Position numbers and translations under genes: made by a program. From Chrysomallon squamiferum (Eukaryota; Animalia; Mollusca): 64,000 bases of DNA. Shown piece by piece: positions 49,641 through 63,100 of the stretch. The first letter of the stretch is position 1. The number at the start of each line of letters is the position of its first letter. The stretch is taken from positions 26,846,001 through 26,910,000 of the forward strand of contig CM022670.1 in the NCBI GenBank assembly GCA_012295275.1, in the 5' to 3' direction. The notes under the pieces are model-generated. The model was not told where the DNA came from and searched no databases. It worked only from the letters and a program-made list of their open reading frames with translations.

Positions 49641-52600
49641 TCAATCATCAATGTTCACGTAGGGCAAGATATGCAAAAATTCATTATCAACTGTTGGCAC
49701 TGAAAGCATCTGAGTCCAGTCATGCCAATCGCCATTGTGATCATAACATCCGTTTACACCTTCCCAAGGATCATTATGAAGTCTTAGAACATGATCGTCA
49801 GTTACCTCATAGGGTTGAGGAGGGTCATAGTCGCAACTCCCCCAGTCGATACTGTCAGGGTCCAGTGGTGGAAGGAGTTCATAGATTTGTTGTTCATTCA
49901 GTCTCTGTGGTGCTGCTTCAGCACAGTGATCTGAAGTATCAGCTTTATCTTCAGAATGCTTGTGCTTTTCAAACTGGACTTCAGAGTGACCACTGGATTC
50001 GTTGAATCCATGAGATGATTCTATTGAAGATTCACAACCAATTGCATTTTCATACTTGAAACTGCAAATATCTTCTGGTGAAGATCTCACAGATGTTTCA
50101 AGAAACTTTTCAACAAGTTCAGTCTTTGTCCTACTAAGTGAAATACTAGATGGGATATTTTCTAAATTTAAATTGTCCCCAGCTTTTTTGCGTCGCTTTG
50201 GACCAACACCTGGAGGTAATGTATACTGTTGCATATCAACCTCCTTAATAATTTCATTTTTATTAAGTTTTTGTATCAAATCATTTCCTATATTTGATGA
50301 ACCAGTTTTCTGCTGCAATTCAGCTATTAGCTGAGCAGTGGTTTTCACTTTGGGTGTCCTGGAAGATTTTAAAATGTCAGTTTTGGGGCTCTTTTTCAAA
50401 CAATCACCACTATTTCTGTCCGTCACAAGCGGCGACATGGTGTGGTATTCTTTAGCATGAACAGAACTAGAAGAAACTAATTTGTCACCATGGCGATTTC
50501 TGTAAGATTTCACAGTTCCATTAACAACTGAAGAATTACTCTTATTGCATTTTGAAAGACCAAAATTTTTGTCAGCTTTCTGTTTGATTGACTGGCCATC
50601 AGATATTTCAGCACGTATCCTTTTCCTATTGGCTACATTTGTTTTAGAAATGTCATTTTGATCTTTTCTTGAGCAATTATCAACTGATTTTGAAAGAGAC
50701 TCGCTGGAATGATTTTCCTTTAATTTCTTTGTAGAATGATTACTGTTTTGAGGCAGGTAGGAGCTAGCATTATCACTACTGACTGAAGAGTGACACTGAA
50801 TATCAGGCTTGAGGTTTCTTACTCTGCTGCTGTCACTGATCCAACTGGAATTGGAATCCTCATTACCTGAAATCAAAGGACTTCCAGCAGTTGGTGACCT
50901 GGTTTTGTTCCGGTTCTTAGGTGTGGATGGACGGCCTGGCATAGGTGACTGAGATCGAGAATTTCCATCAATGGAGTCATTATGAGTGATAGTACTTGCC
51001 CTATTTGAATTAAAGCTTTTCTCAGAATTAGTTGGTGATGCAGGTGGTAATGAAGGCGTTGAACATTTACTTTTTGATAAAGTTTTTGATGGCATAATAC
51101 AGTGTTTGATCACAGGACTACCATTTCTTGACTGAGTCACAGATTGCACAACTGACTGTTTCACAAGAGGACTTAATTGTGGCACTGAAGATTTACATCC
51201 AGCATTTGGTGATGGTACTGAAGTGGAAGGGCCTCTCATTAACTGTAACTTTGGTGTAGCAGGTTTAACACTAGTAGAACGAATTGTTCCTGGACTAAGA
51301 TGAGATGAATGGACATTTGGAGTGGAACACCTGACTCCTGGTAAACCTGGTGACACATTTGTCCTCCTCCCTTGAGCAGGAGAACAAGTTCTGTTTGGAA
51401 ATGGAGAAGATGGACTACCAGGACATGATCTTATTTTACCCGCACCCTGCAGGGCTGCCACACTGGGGTGCCGAGTCACCAATTCTATCCGTTCTCCATT
51501 AACGGATCCACTCTCACTGTCCCCAGCATTAACAAGCTTTTGCCAACTGCGAACCAGTCTTTTTGCTCTTTTGGCCAACTGTTCATTGTCAGTCTTCTTT
51601 CGCAATTCATTGACAAACTTACCAATTCTTGTTTGCTGAAATACAAATATGAATAATATTATGAAACAAAAATTGGTGAAACACAAAAGCTTTCATGTAA
51701 TACTTGTTAAAAATATGTATATTAAATCTAATAATACAAATAATGATTGATTAATTCTATACAAACAACTGAACAGCTATAATTAATAAATTTATCTCAA
51801 AAGAGAAAATGTGTCAGATTTATTTAAAGAACTTTTAAATTAGATTAAATGAAATCTTTATCCAGCACAGCACAAAGTTTATTAAAAAATCATGCCAATT
51901 CCGTCTTATTCAAAATGAAATATTAAAACATGCTAATACTAGCCTCCAATGCTTCCTTTGTAATTGGGTAGCTCTCCAAAATGGAGATGACCTCCAACAC
52001 GCTTGTAACATCAAGCACCTAAAAATATGTTATAAATTTAGCATAATGTGAAAGGTATTATAAAACTGTTTAAAATATTCACTGATATTTCATTTTTGAA
52101 GTTGTCTTTCAGTCAGGATACTCCATCTAAAAACATCAAATGGAATGTCAGAACGTTTCTAGGTAAGAATTTTACTATTTAACAGTTCTAACTCATGAAA
52201 AAAAAAAAAAATTGTAAACATCTTAATATAAATTTCAATTATTCTGTCTATAAATCACAAAAAAATAAAAATAAATAAATAAAAATTCAAATTAAAAAAA
52301 TATAAATTCTTTGAATTAGCACTTGTTTTTTGCTTTTTACAAAGTCACTTTAGTAATATTAAAATTTGTTGTTTCCCTGATAGCATATTATACTGAGAAT
52401 TTAGAATTATACTTGTAGATACTACATATTAAGAAAAATAAGGTACTCTACATTAGCTACAGGTAGTAGACTGTAGAGGGATTACACCTAAAATTCAGTT
52501 GTGTAGCAAACATGGTATTTAATATACAAGTTATTTCCAGTTGTGATAATATTAATATCTACAACATATATTTAAGTATATATATATATAAACGACGAAA

Positions 52601-53141
52601 TGAGTACGATACCCCAATTTAAAAACATTTCAATGCATTTTGGCAAACAAACTCAAGATCGTGATATACTGACAAGATGAAACAAAAAACATGGCAGTTA
52701 GAATAACTGAAAATGATTTTAGTTTTCTGAGTGAATATTTATAATAAAAAAAGAAAAAAATAAAAAAATTTTAAAAAAAGAAAGAAAAAAAAAATGGGGA
52801 AAAGAAAAGTGTCTGGGGAAACGTGTTGCTTGGGTTATAGCACAACAAATTTCCCAAGTGTGAAAAAACTAATAAATAACCGTTTGAAAACTGTAAAAGT
52901 ATTTTATAACTAACATAAAACACCAAGTAAATAATAAACATAAAAAAGAGCGAAACTATGCATCATACTATTGCGTTTGTAAACATTTCTCCCATTTTAA
53001 CCATAGCAGAGGGACATCTTGCGGGTCATACAAAATGATCACTTCCAAACAGCAGCAAATATAAACGAATAATCTTACATTATTCTGCTCATCAAGTGCC
53101 TTTAGAAGTTTCTCTTTTATTTGTTGTGGAGAGAACTGCAT
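49641..53141 (-). CDS. MED26: Mediator subunit 26, 710 aa
   Basis: Exons 53079-53141, 51944-52018 and 49641-51635 (2133 nt). TFIIS-N domain [63 protein letters not shown], a middle TPKVKTTAQLIAELQ motif, and a Med26 C-terminus WEGVNGCYDHNGDWHDWTQ..LHILPYVNID. Confidence 0.95.
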
Positions 53142-53199
53142 GGGGCCGGCCAAAAACGCCTATTTCAGGTGACTTGTGCCAGCAGAGGGTCGTACACCG

Positions 53200-53460
53200 T
53201 GCCACCAGAATGGCGGACGTCCATACATTGTACGGGATCTGGATCTCGACACGCACTGACATCTGGGTAGAAACTCTTAGCTCTCTGTGACGTCAAATGC
53301 CGAACCACTGTTCGTCTTCTCACAACCGGCGCATTCTCAAACGAGATCATGCAAATTACATTGCTATATAGTACGTTAAATCTGATTGGACCTTTTGACT
53401 TCGGTTATAGTTATAACACTTATGATTGGTTCTTGTGGAAATGACGTAAAAGGTCAAATA
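53200..53460. promoter_or_regulatory. CpG-rich MED26 leader/promoter, divergent to TMEM69
   Basis: YY1-like AATGGCGG near 53209, CRE TGACGTCA at 53288-53295, GATTGG near 53384 and 53424, TGACGTAA near 53442. Confidence 0.55.
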
Positions 53461-54363
53461 GTTAACTTCCCAAACAACACATCAAGAACGAGAACTCTGA
53501 CAAGATTCTTGAAGGTTTCAAATACGTCACCAGGGAAAGCCTAAACAACGGATTACAACTTCAATAATAATAATAATAAGATGTTCATTTTGACAGACAA
53601 TTAGTAAATTAATGGTGTCTTTATATTTTTCCTGAACGACAGAATTAATTAATATTTCCAGACACTTCGACATAATAAATAATCAAAATATTATATAATG
53701 TGTGCATATTATATACATAGACTGTCAGAAAATTTTAAAATACTGCAGTTATGCACTTTCTAACTCATTAAATACTGATATATATATTTCAGGTTTATTG
53801 ACATTTTTATTGTTTTATTAGCATTAATATACCAGTATAAGTGAAATGTAATTACAATAAGCTATCCCGGAGAAAAAACTCGGTCCGAGAATAGAACCAA
53901 CTCTAAATGACGCAATTTGATGGGCTTATAAAGACGCCACTTTTGATTGTATTCATTTGTCACGTTTTGGAATAACAGAGAAAAAATAAATAAATCGTAA
54001 GTATAATATACATGGCAAAGAAAATATTGTATGCATATTTTTCCATGTATTTATATTCATATAATTCTGCATATAGTATTTATTTCTGTTTGTTATAACC
54101 CTGTCTGAAATTACTAACAACGTGACAGATCCAGAATTAAATGTAATTTGTGAGGATTACATTTAAACAAAAATGAATTATGTGATAAGAAAAAAAGTTA
54201 TCAGATAAAAGATATTCATTGTGATATAATTAAACAAAAACACATACTTAAATATACATTTGCATTATAGTTTAGTCATTTATTTTCTATGTGTAATAAA
54301 GATAAATATTTGAGTATAAATTTATATCATCTTTGAATTATATTTTTAGCATGGCTGTTATCT

Positions 54364-54398
<35 letters not shown>

Positions 54399-54404
54399 CA
54401 GACG

Positions 54405-55233
54405 ATGAATTTTCTGACCAGGATTCATCACTTCCCAAGTGTCAGTATTATCTTTAGGCCTATCCACAGGGAGTTACACAATTCTGTTTCAGGGAAGGTG
54501 CACAGAATGTCCTTCATTCAGTCTACAGCAGCCTCTGTAAGGTCATCATCCATTTTGGAACACCATTTCTGTACTTCTTCTGCAGCCAACAAACAATGGA
54601 AAAAATCCAGTGTTATCAATAGTGGCATCTCAAATCCTGGGCCGGCATCATCTTTTCTGGCATCAAAAATTCTTTATGTACCTGAAAGACAAAATTCAGA
54701 TGACACAAAAGAGAAAGCTATTGCTGTCTGGAAAAAATTTAGTGTTGAAGTAAAAGAAAATCTGAAACATCTGAAATCATGTCCAGTTTCAGCACTGACA
54801 TTAGCAGGCTGTGGATTGATTCCATTTGTGTCACCAGCAGCATATATGACAATGTCTTGCTTATATTCACCTCAGTGGGCCTTCAATCAACTGGCATTTG
54901 GAGCTGCTGCACTTTCATTTCTTGGAGGAATTCGATGGGGTTTTGTGATGGCTGGACAGAAACCACAGTTGGAGTGGTCAAGTCTTGGATATACAGTAGC
55001 ACCTCCGTATTGTTGCATGGATTGGACTTTTAATGCCTGATTCAGTTTCATCCTTGGTCATCATGAGTGGATTAGCTGGATCAGCTTATTATGAAACAGG
55101 CCTTGGAGGTTATCCATCTTGGTTTAAAGCAATACGTTTTTTCTTCAGTGGTATTGCTTTTGTTTCCATTTGGACTGTTTTTGTCTTCAGTTTTGTTTTG
55201 GATGATGAAAATTCACAAAAAAGAAAAAAGTAA
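54405..55233 (+). CDS. TMEM69: TMEM69 / DUF3429 membrane protein with a mitochondrial-type N-terminus, interrupted by a frameshift near 55002-55008
   Basis: Frame 1 gives LAGCGLIPFV..QLAFGAAALSFLGGIRWGF..LGYTVAP. The shifted frame continues IVAWIGLLMP..YPSWFKAIRFFFS. A strong acceptor (poly-T CAG) is at 54400-54401 and a candidate upstream donor at 53996/53997. Removing one base gives a 275-aa protein. Confidence 0.85.
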
Positions 55234-56293
55234 TGATCAAAATTGAAGAATTTTAATATATGAAAATGCTTCAAGACGAGTGATGGCAAACAAACTGATC
55301 TGATGACAGTGATCAGTTGACTGCATTAACTTTTATCACAACTAATATCTGAAACTAATATTTATAATCAGTTGACTCAAACTGTAGTTACTTTGGATTT
55401 TTAAAAAAATATTTCAAATAAAGGTGAAATGAAAATTATAAATGTACTTTAATGACATTGGTAATAAATAATAAATCAAGTATATTTATGCTGTTTTCAT
55501 GTTGCTGTTATTGTATTTTAATAATTAAAATATATATTTTTAATGTTCAAAACAAAAATAGAAATAAAAGTGATTTATCATAAATTTTATTGACTGTATT
55601 TTTGTTTTATATCATTTATCTTATTATTAATAGAAAAGAAAACAAAATTTGATTCAGTCAACAACATGTATTTATACATACCCAGTAAAATTATTGATTT
55701 CATTTAGAGATTCTTATATATATCTACTTTTTTCTTTGCTGTTTCTGTATACAGTGTATAATATATATTTAAAAAATATATTTTTCCTCATTTCTAACCA
55801 CTTATTTAATTACTTCTTTATTCCAAATGTAGAAAAGATTTAGAAACTCACAATAATATTTTAAAATAGTTGCAGCAGTGTATTTTATAAACTGAATTTA
55901 TAATTTTCTGACATTTTTTCATTTATTTGATAGTTATATATATATATATATTTATTTATTTATTTATTTATTAAAACATCTCATTCAAATACAATCGGTA
56001 CAGTTTCAAATAAAAACAAATCAAGGTCAAGTCGATCCATTTTTCAGAACATTAGCATTACCTCCCTTAATACTCGACAATCACAATGAATCGAATGATA
56101 TTGAAAGTCTTCTACTATTCAAAATGTTGTTCCTCAGAAATGGAGTAAATTATTAGTAAAATTAGAATAAATAGATGACCAAAACATTGATTTTATTTCA
56201 AATTAGCATAAATTTGCTTAAGTTAACGTCTTACAATTTCGATTATACGTTCCTTGAGCCGACCATGGCTGACCATAATTCACATTAACAAAT

Positions 56294-58945
56294 ATGGATA
56301 AATACCTAGTAAAAACAGGAATGAAACATGATGTTAAAATCCCAACACCAAGAATTAAACAGTTTCGACAGTCTACAATAGAATCTTTACAGGTGTGATT
56401 TTTTTTTTTAGCTTTTCAAAGCCGTCACTGTCAATGTTTCATCAGCATTTGTAATTTTATTTATGATTTTTCGATACGTTTTAATTTATACTTGTTAAAA
56501 CATAATTATGAAGTTACTTCTCCAAGCGAAATCTCTATGTCGACTTAATAAATATGACGTATGTGTATCGTGTAGATTAAAAAATATATATATTGTCTTT
56601 AGCAAACAGTTTATTTCACCCTTTAAACAACACTTAATTTCACCCTTTAAACAACACTTAATTTAAGTTGGGGCAGAAAGAACAAAAAGAAAAAAGAAAG
56701 GCCTATCTAGAAATTACAGATTATTCGACATAAAATTGCCAGTGCTTTGTTATTTGATGTAATATTAAATGTACAAAAATGGTTAATAATTTCTATGGAT
56801 GGCCACATTAATTGTACATCACATTTTTTTTTTTTTTTTTAAATTACTTCAGTTGAATTGGCAATATTTATTTTTCTTTTCTTATTTAACAGGGTGTTGT
56901 TGTGATTGAAGAAATCCTGAGAATTAAAAGCAAACTGCAATTAAAAAATCAAACAAAGAATGTTATAATCGAGTGTTTAAAAGAACTTGGAAAGAAAACA
57001 CCACCAAGAAATGTCATGCTTGATACAAAAATAGGTACAGAATTTGTTATTTGAAACTACAGAATTAAAGTTGGATACTAGTGTATTCAGTTTGTCTGCA
57101 TATACTTTATGTTTGTTATACAAAACAAATGAGCTTCAAAGTTTTATTTATGATATTGTAAACATTAGTTATATATTCTTTTGATTGTTTTTAAATTTAT
57201 TATTATTTTTTAAAGAGGGAAAAAATCTGTTTTGATGATTTGATGATAAAATATGACTAAATAACTCAAAACCTACCCCCTAAAAAAAAAAAAAAACCAC
57301 CAACAAATTCAGTATAATATCTGTATTTCGTATTACTATATTTGGGGTTATTAATAATTTACTTACCAGCAACATGAACATTAAAAAATAACTATCATGT
57401 TGTTGGAAATAATTTATATTATTAATATCTTATTGCAATTTTAATGGTACCTGAGTCTTTATGAATGAAAACAAATAGGTATTATTTATTTTTAAAAAAA
57501 AGAAGCTATTTTGAAATGATGTTTTGCTTATTTGATGTCAAATTTGAATGACATGAAATTCCTGCTAAGCAAAAAACTAAGTTTTCAGATGTAAATAAGC
57601 ACCAGAAAATTATATTAATAGTAACATTAATCTGTTTTCTAGGATTAATTCAGAATTATTTTCAATTTTATATTTCTGCTTGCCAGGAAAAATTGTGAAC
57701 AAGTACAGAAAATATCCTGACAATGAAGTCTCAACAGCTGCTAGAAGGGTTTATGTCAAATGGAAAAAGCATTTTCAAAACCATCTTGACAGACCTAAGA
57801 TTGAGGTGAAATGTGATGCAAAAACAGAGAAAATGAGATCATCAGGAAAAAAGTTTTTGTGCGATGCCTTGTCTCTTGAGGTGATCATTGTAGAATTATG
57901 TCAAAAAGATATTAAATTTCACTTGGATCTTTTTATATTATATATAAATAATTTAACTCCTATAGATTACTCATGATTATGTTCATCAGAATACTGAACA
58001 GCAACATAAATTATTATATATTACTTACACATCAGATATAAAGTTGTAGGTGAAGAAAATAATAACAGAATTTAACTCTTTCCTACCTGTTCTTAACTGT
58101 AAATGAGAGGCATAATTCTATCAAAACTGGACCCATGCCTCATAAATACAGCTGTCAACAATCACAGGAGTTAACTGTCATGATTCCGATAAAATTAAAC
58201 TACGCTAGGGGAATCAGTTGAATATAATCAGTACATTTTTAACTGGATTGTCTATGAAATATTACCATAATAGTAACAAGAATTTTAAATTTTTTACAAA
58301 CAGTATTAAGAAAAACTGTATGTCTGTCATAATTTATTATAGTCATCTTTACTGACTGATGTACATAAATAAAATCAGATAAGCAATATAACACTGTTTT
58401 GTACAAATTTATTTCAATTATTTACAGAAGAAAAATCAACTTCTTAAAGGTTTTTTTATCATTTTAGATTTTTTCGTCCCAAAATACATTCTTATGAAAT
58501 TTAGTATTACCTGTTTTGTATTTCCCTACAACAGTTACATGCATTATATTATAAAAAGATGTTAGATCATGTTTTTCTAGAATTTCCAACTGAAAAATGT
58601 GCTAGGAAAATTAAACATTTCACTTTGGAAATGTGGTTCTGTGACAGGTTTTTATTTATTTTTTTTATAATTGTAAAGTTGAGACAAAAGAGATGATAAT
58701 AATTTGTTTTGCTTTTTGACTGGACTGAAAGCAATATTTGTTAAACTATTTTTCAGATGACACATCCACTTCCTGAAGTCATTGAGAGAGAAGTATTTTA
58801 TTCATGCAAACGACTCATAAATGCAACCTACAGAAAGACAATGAGAACCCTAGTGTTTACTCTGAGACACAATGAAGAAGTAAAGAATTCTGTTCTCAGT
58901 TCAGAGTTGAAAGTTGAAGACTTTGTTAGGAAATACAAAAAATGA
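56294..58945 (+). CDS. TCEANC2: Transcription elongation factor A N-terminal and central domain-containing protein 2, 207 aa
   Basis: Exons 56294-56392, 56893-57034, 57687-57880 and 58757-58945 (624 nt). Motifs MDKYLV, RQSTIESLQGVVVIEEILRIKSKL, DTKIGKIVNKYRK, IEVKCDAKTEKMR and YRKTMRTLVFTLRH. Confidence 0.93.
56613..56664. repeat. Perfect 24-bp tandem duplication in TCEANC2 intron 1
   Basis: ATTTCACCCTTTAAACAACACTTA occurs twice, followed by ATTT. Confidence 0.9.
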
Positions 58946-60157
58946 CTTTTACAAAACTTTTTTACTGGTTTTCTGCCACCCCAAATAGAATATAAATTTT
59001 AATAACAAAAACACTTTAATACTGCAAAAGTTACCTTTTAGTTTATATCTATACCTAAGCTTGTCTTTTTATTTGTTGTTAATAATTCAGAATTCTAGCA
59101 CTTTCTCTTTGGATTGTAAATAGGTTTGTCAGGAATCCATATAATGTCAGTAATAATTGTACAAATAAATATTTCTAACTTCAGTGATTCTGTGGATTGT
59201 TTATACAGTCAATATTAATGCAACCTTGACTCATTGCAGAGATTAATTAATATTTGTGTCTAGTGTAAGGAAGTTTTATTTTTCTAAAGAATATTTTAAC
59301 AGATATAAATTAAGATGGTTTTGAAGCAGTTTTTGACTGCTGGAAGACTTAAATCAAGTAAATATAAACTATTTTAGATTAAAAAATATATTGTGATCCA
59401 ACAGATTATCTGTGCTTATATAATCACAATGGCACAAAACAAGCTGATTCAAAATTGTATAGACTTTGTATCCTTGAGCTAACAATAGTTCTAATAAATT
59501 AATTTATTGCTTGACATTTATTTTCAAATCTATTCTCATTTATTGTTTTATAAATCACAAAACATGACAGCATCATATTTTATAATAAAATAGCATTAAT
59601 TTTTATTGTTTAATGTTTTAATAAATAAATTTGCTTCCACTTATTATTTCATTGTAATGTCTTTATTTACAAGCACTTTTACTATAAAAATAGAAAATGA
59701 ATGCATCAGTAGTTCGTCTGAAATATAAATGTAACATTATAAAAAGTAACTGAAACTAAAGTGTTTAACTCGTAGAAAAATATTCATCAGCAAATTCAAT
59801 TTAATCTGTGTCATAGAATACAAAATATACTGTTGACTAGATAGTGTAGACAGTGTCTCTTCAGTAACAATGTGTGAATAAATTATTGAGAGGATTCCTT
59901 AAAGATTTAAAATAAGAACATAAGAATACACCACAAATGAAATGTTAAGAATCAAATAAATAAAATTATGTAAGATATGCCATATTTGAAACACTTATAG
60001 TTACTAATGAAAATTTAAAAAACAACAAAAAACACAGTAGTTATTTTAATTTGCATTTTTGCTACAATTAATCCATACAGTATAAATTATAACAAGAAAT
60101 GTCTTTCACAATGAAATGTAATTATTATGATGTCTATGATTTATTTTTCAAAACGTG

Positions 60158-63100
60158 TCACTGTAGTGTCAAAAAAGGCCAACTTGAAGGAACAATTGGT
60201 TTGGGTTTAACAATAGCTACATCTTTAATTCCATCTTTTCCTACTAACCGAACTCGGTAGGTGGGTAGGTTGACAATGAATCTTTTCTGAACCTGTAAAA
60301 CATAATAATTTTTTAATGTTCATACACTCAGATATTTAAAAGTTTGTTACAATATGGTAAATATATCTTTAAATACATAACAGGATTTACTTTGGCAGTC
60401 TTGCTAATAAATACAAACTAATTTTTTACCATTAAAACAAATGTACTTTAAAATGCACATCTTAAGATGTCTTTAAATACCTTTTTTTTCTCTCACAAAT
60501 ATATATTAAATAACAAGAAGGTTTTTAATCATAAAATTTCCACTTTAAAATCACAAGTAGGGAAAATATTCATTTATAATTATTTAATAAAATTAGAAAA
60601 GATTACAATACACTTCTTGTGTTGAACAATATAAAACCACTTAGCACCCTTGAGAATGTGTCCAACTGATCCATTACTTTTACTTTTAAGCTAATAACAA
60701 AACAAATTTATACCTCATCAATACATATCTGCAACAAGGCCATAGCTTGTTCTTCAGTCATATCTATTTAAAAATTAAAAAAAGTACATAGAATTTTTAG
60801 AAATAATTTAAATTTTCTTTAAAGCATTACTCAAAATTTTAACAGATAATAGTGGAATAATTTAATAAAAAATACTGTTTCAAACTTGTTAATATTTAGC
60901 AGACATTTAAGATCAGTCATATTATTTTAAATCATAAACTTAGTAATTAAATTAATCCTGATCAACAAATCCAGGTACTAAAAGCTTTTAACAGAAGGAA
61001 GCATTTTAACTGTTTACAAAATCTGGAATTGATTAGAAATATATTTAATTTAAGAAATGTTAAATTATTTATGGACAAGACTATGAACACAAACATAGAT
61101 ATCTAGCAACATTTCAAAATATTTAATTTGCTAAATTTTTATTTATCAATTTGTGGTTTAAAAATCTGAAATTTTATCACCTTTTGTGTAGTATCTATCC
61201 AGAATGCTCATCACAAAGAAGCTGCCATATCCATGAGCTCCATAACAGGATTTCACACAAGAAGCCAGATAGTCCATGTAATATAACACTGGGCCTTCTT
61301 TGTCATCGTAACCAGACAACAACATATTCACATGGTATGGTGTCTGAAACAAAAAATTGATATAAAAAAATTAGCAAATAAGACAGGTTTACAAACATTT
61401 GCAAATACATGTACTTAAATGGTTTGAGACACAAATTAAGACTTCTTTTATTGTTATATTACAAGAATATAAACAAGATATGTAAACGTTAATGTGATTT
61501 TAAAACATAAACTGATTTTGAATTTACTTTGAACAAACTGATGTTCTAGAAGTAGAAGAAAGTTTAAATTAAATAAATTTTAGCATTTTATTTTGTACCA
61601 TTATCTTTGTTCTTAGATTGAGATTCTGCTTTATAACTATAACTAATGTTAGTAATTATAAAATAAAAACACAATAACAGTAAATTTAAAAACAAAATAA
61701 TACATATCCTGTTAATTTATCCATAGGTTAAGCATGAAATTTTGAAATGATTTATTGTTACTTTTTTGTTGTAATTTTATTTTCTTTTCTTTTGCTTTTG
61801 TTTATTTATTTATTTTTATTAACTAATTATGTCACAATGAAAATACAAATTCTTAACACGTTAGGATGTTTTTTTAGCCTAGATTAAACAAGAAAGAGAT
61901 AAATATAAGTTTAAAAAATACTAAATATTTAGATACTACATATGTTCCATTAACAATACCCTTTATTAAAAGACTTTATATATTACATACATCAGATTTA
62001 TCATACACATTCATACATACACTGTATACACACATTCATATCAAAATGTATTACATACATTATATTTTGTCCTCAGCTTTTTTCTGTTTTTAAATATATA
62101 TTAAACTAATTAATGGACTGTTGAATTTTGACTGTGTAAGCAAAACAATAATAAAAAATAATAATAGAAGGTTGAGGATTCGTTATTTGAAATTTCAAAA
62201 TCCAAAACTTTCCAAAGCAGCAAAAATAGTGATATGTTACAGATCTCAGACTTTTTTGCATATACAAACTTTATTTTATGAACAAAATTATTAAGTTTTA
62301 TATAAAATGTATTAACTGTATATAAAATACAAATGGATTTGCATTTACACAATAATCCACTTCTCAGGTTATCACAATCTATTTCAAACTCTGAAAGACT
62401 TCCTATCACAAGCATTTTGGATAAAGGATTCTCAGTCAGCATATTGGTAATGTTACTTACAGAACTTCTGAGATACTCAGCAAGATTACTTCTTGTGAAG
62501 TTAGCAGCTGCACGAGGTGAGAGTTCATAACCTACAAGAGATATTGTAAAATTACAAATGATTATACTGTTACACAAATCTGAAATACAAGTGCTAAATT
62601 TGAAGTTTTAGAGGAAAAGAAGTATTTTAAAACAATGACACTCTTCACATAAAAAAGACTTCTTTTCTGTTCTTTTCTTCTTTTGATTTTGCTTCTTCTT
62701 TTACAGTAAATGAGTTATTTGTATAATTACGTACATTATACTAAGTTTACTTTGTATGCATATTATGCTTTATTTTTGTTACAATAAATCCAACAGATAT
62801 TTATATATGGTCAGACCGGATAAATGAACAGATGGCCCGTCGCAATACTCACCATTTCTCATTTTATACAGCTGAATATTTTTAGATATGTATTCTGCAA
62901 ATTGAACTGTATCTCCAGGTTCACCTGTCACTGACAACAGAAGCTTATCACTTAATTTAAACATTTTGTCTTGATCTAGAAAAAAAAGTTTAAAAATATA
63001 TGTACAACAATAAATAAATAAACAGAGAAATAAAAATGAGACAATGTTAATGTAACGATTCAATGTTTACATTGTTTTAATGTTTCTTCTCAAAATAATT

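Noticed and set aside
49694-51656. Plus-strand ORFs inside MED26 exon 3
   Set aside because: Antisense shadows with no independent coding signal.
56613-56664. Direct repeat considered as a CRISPR-like array
   Set aside because: Two abutting copies with no spacers, in a eukaryotic intron; a simple tandem duplication.
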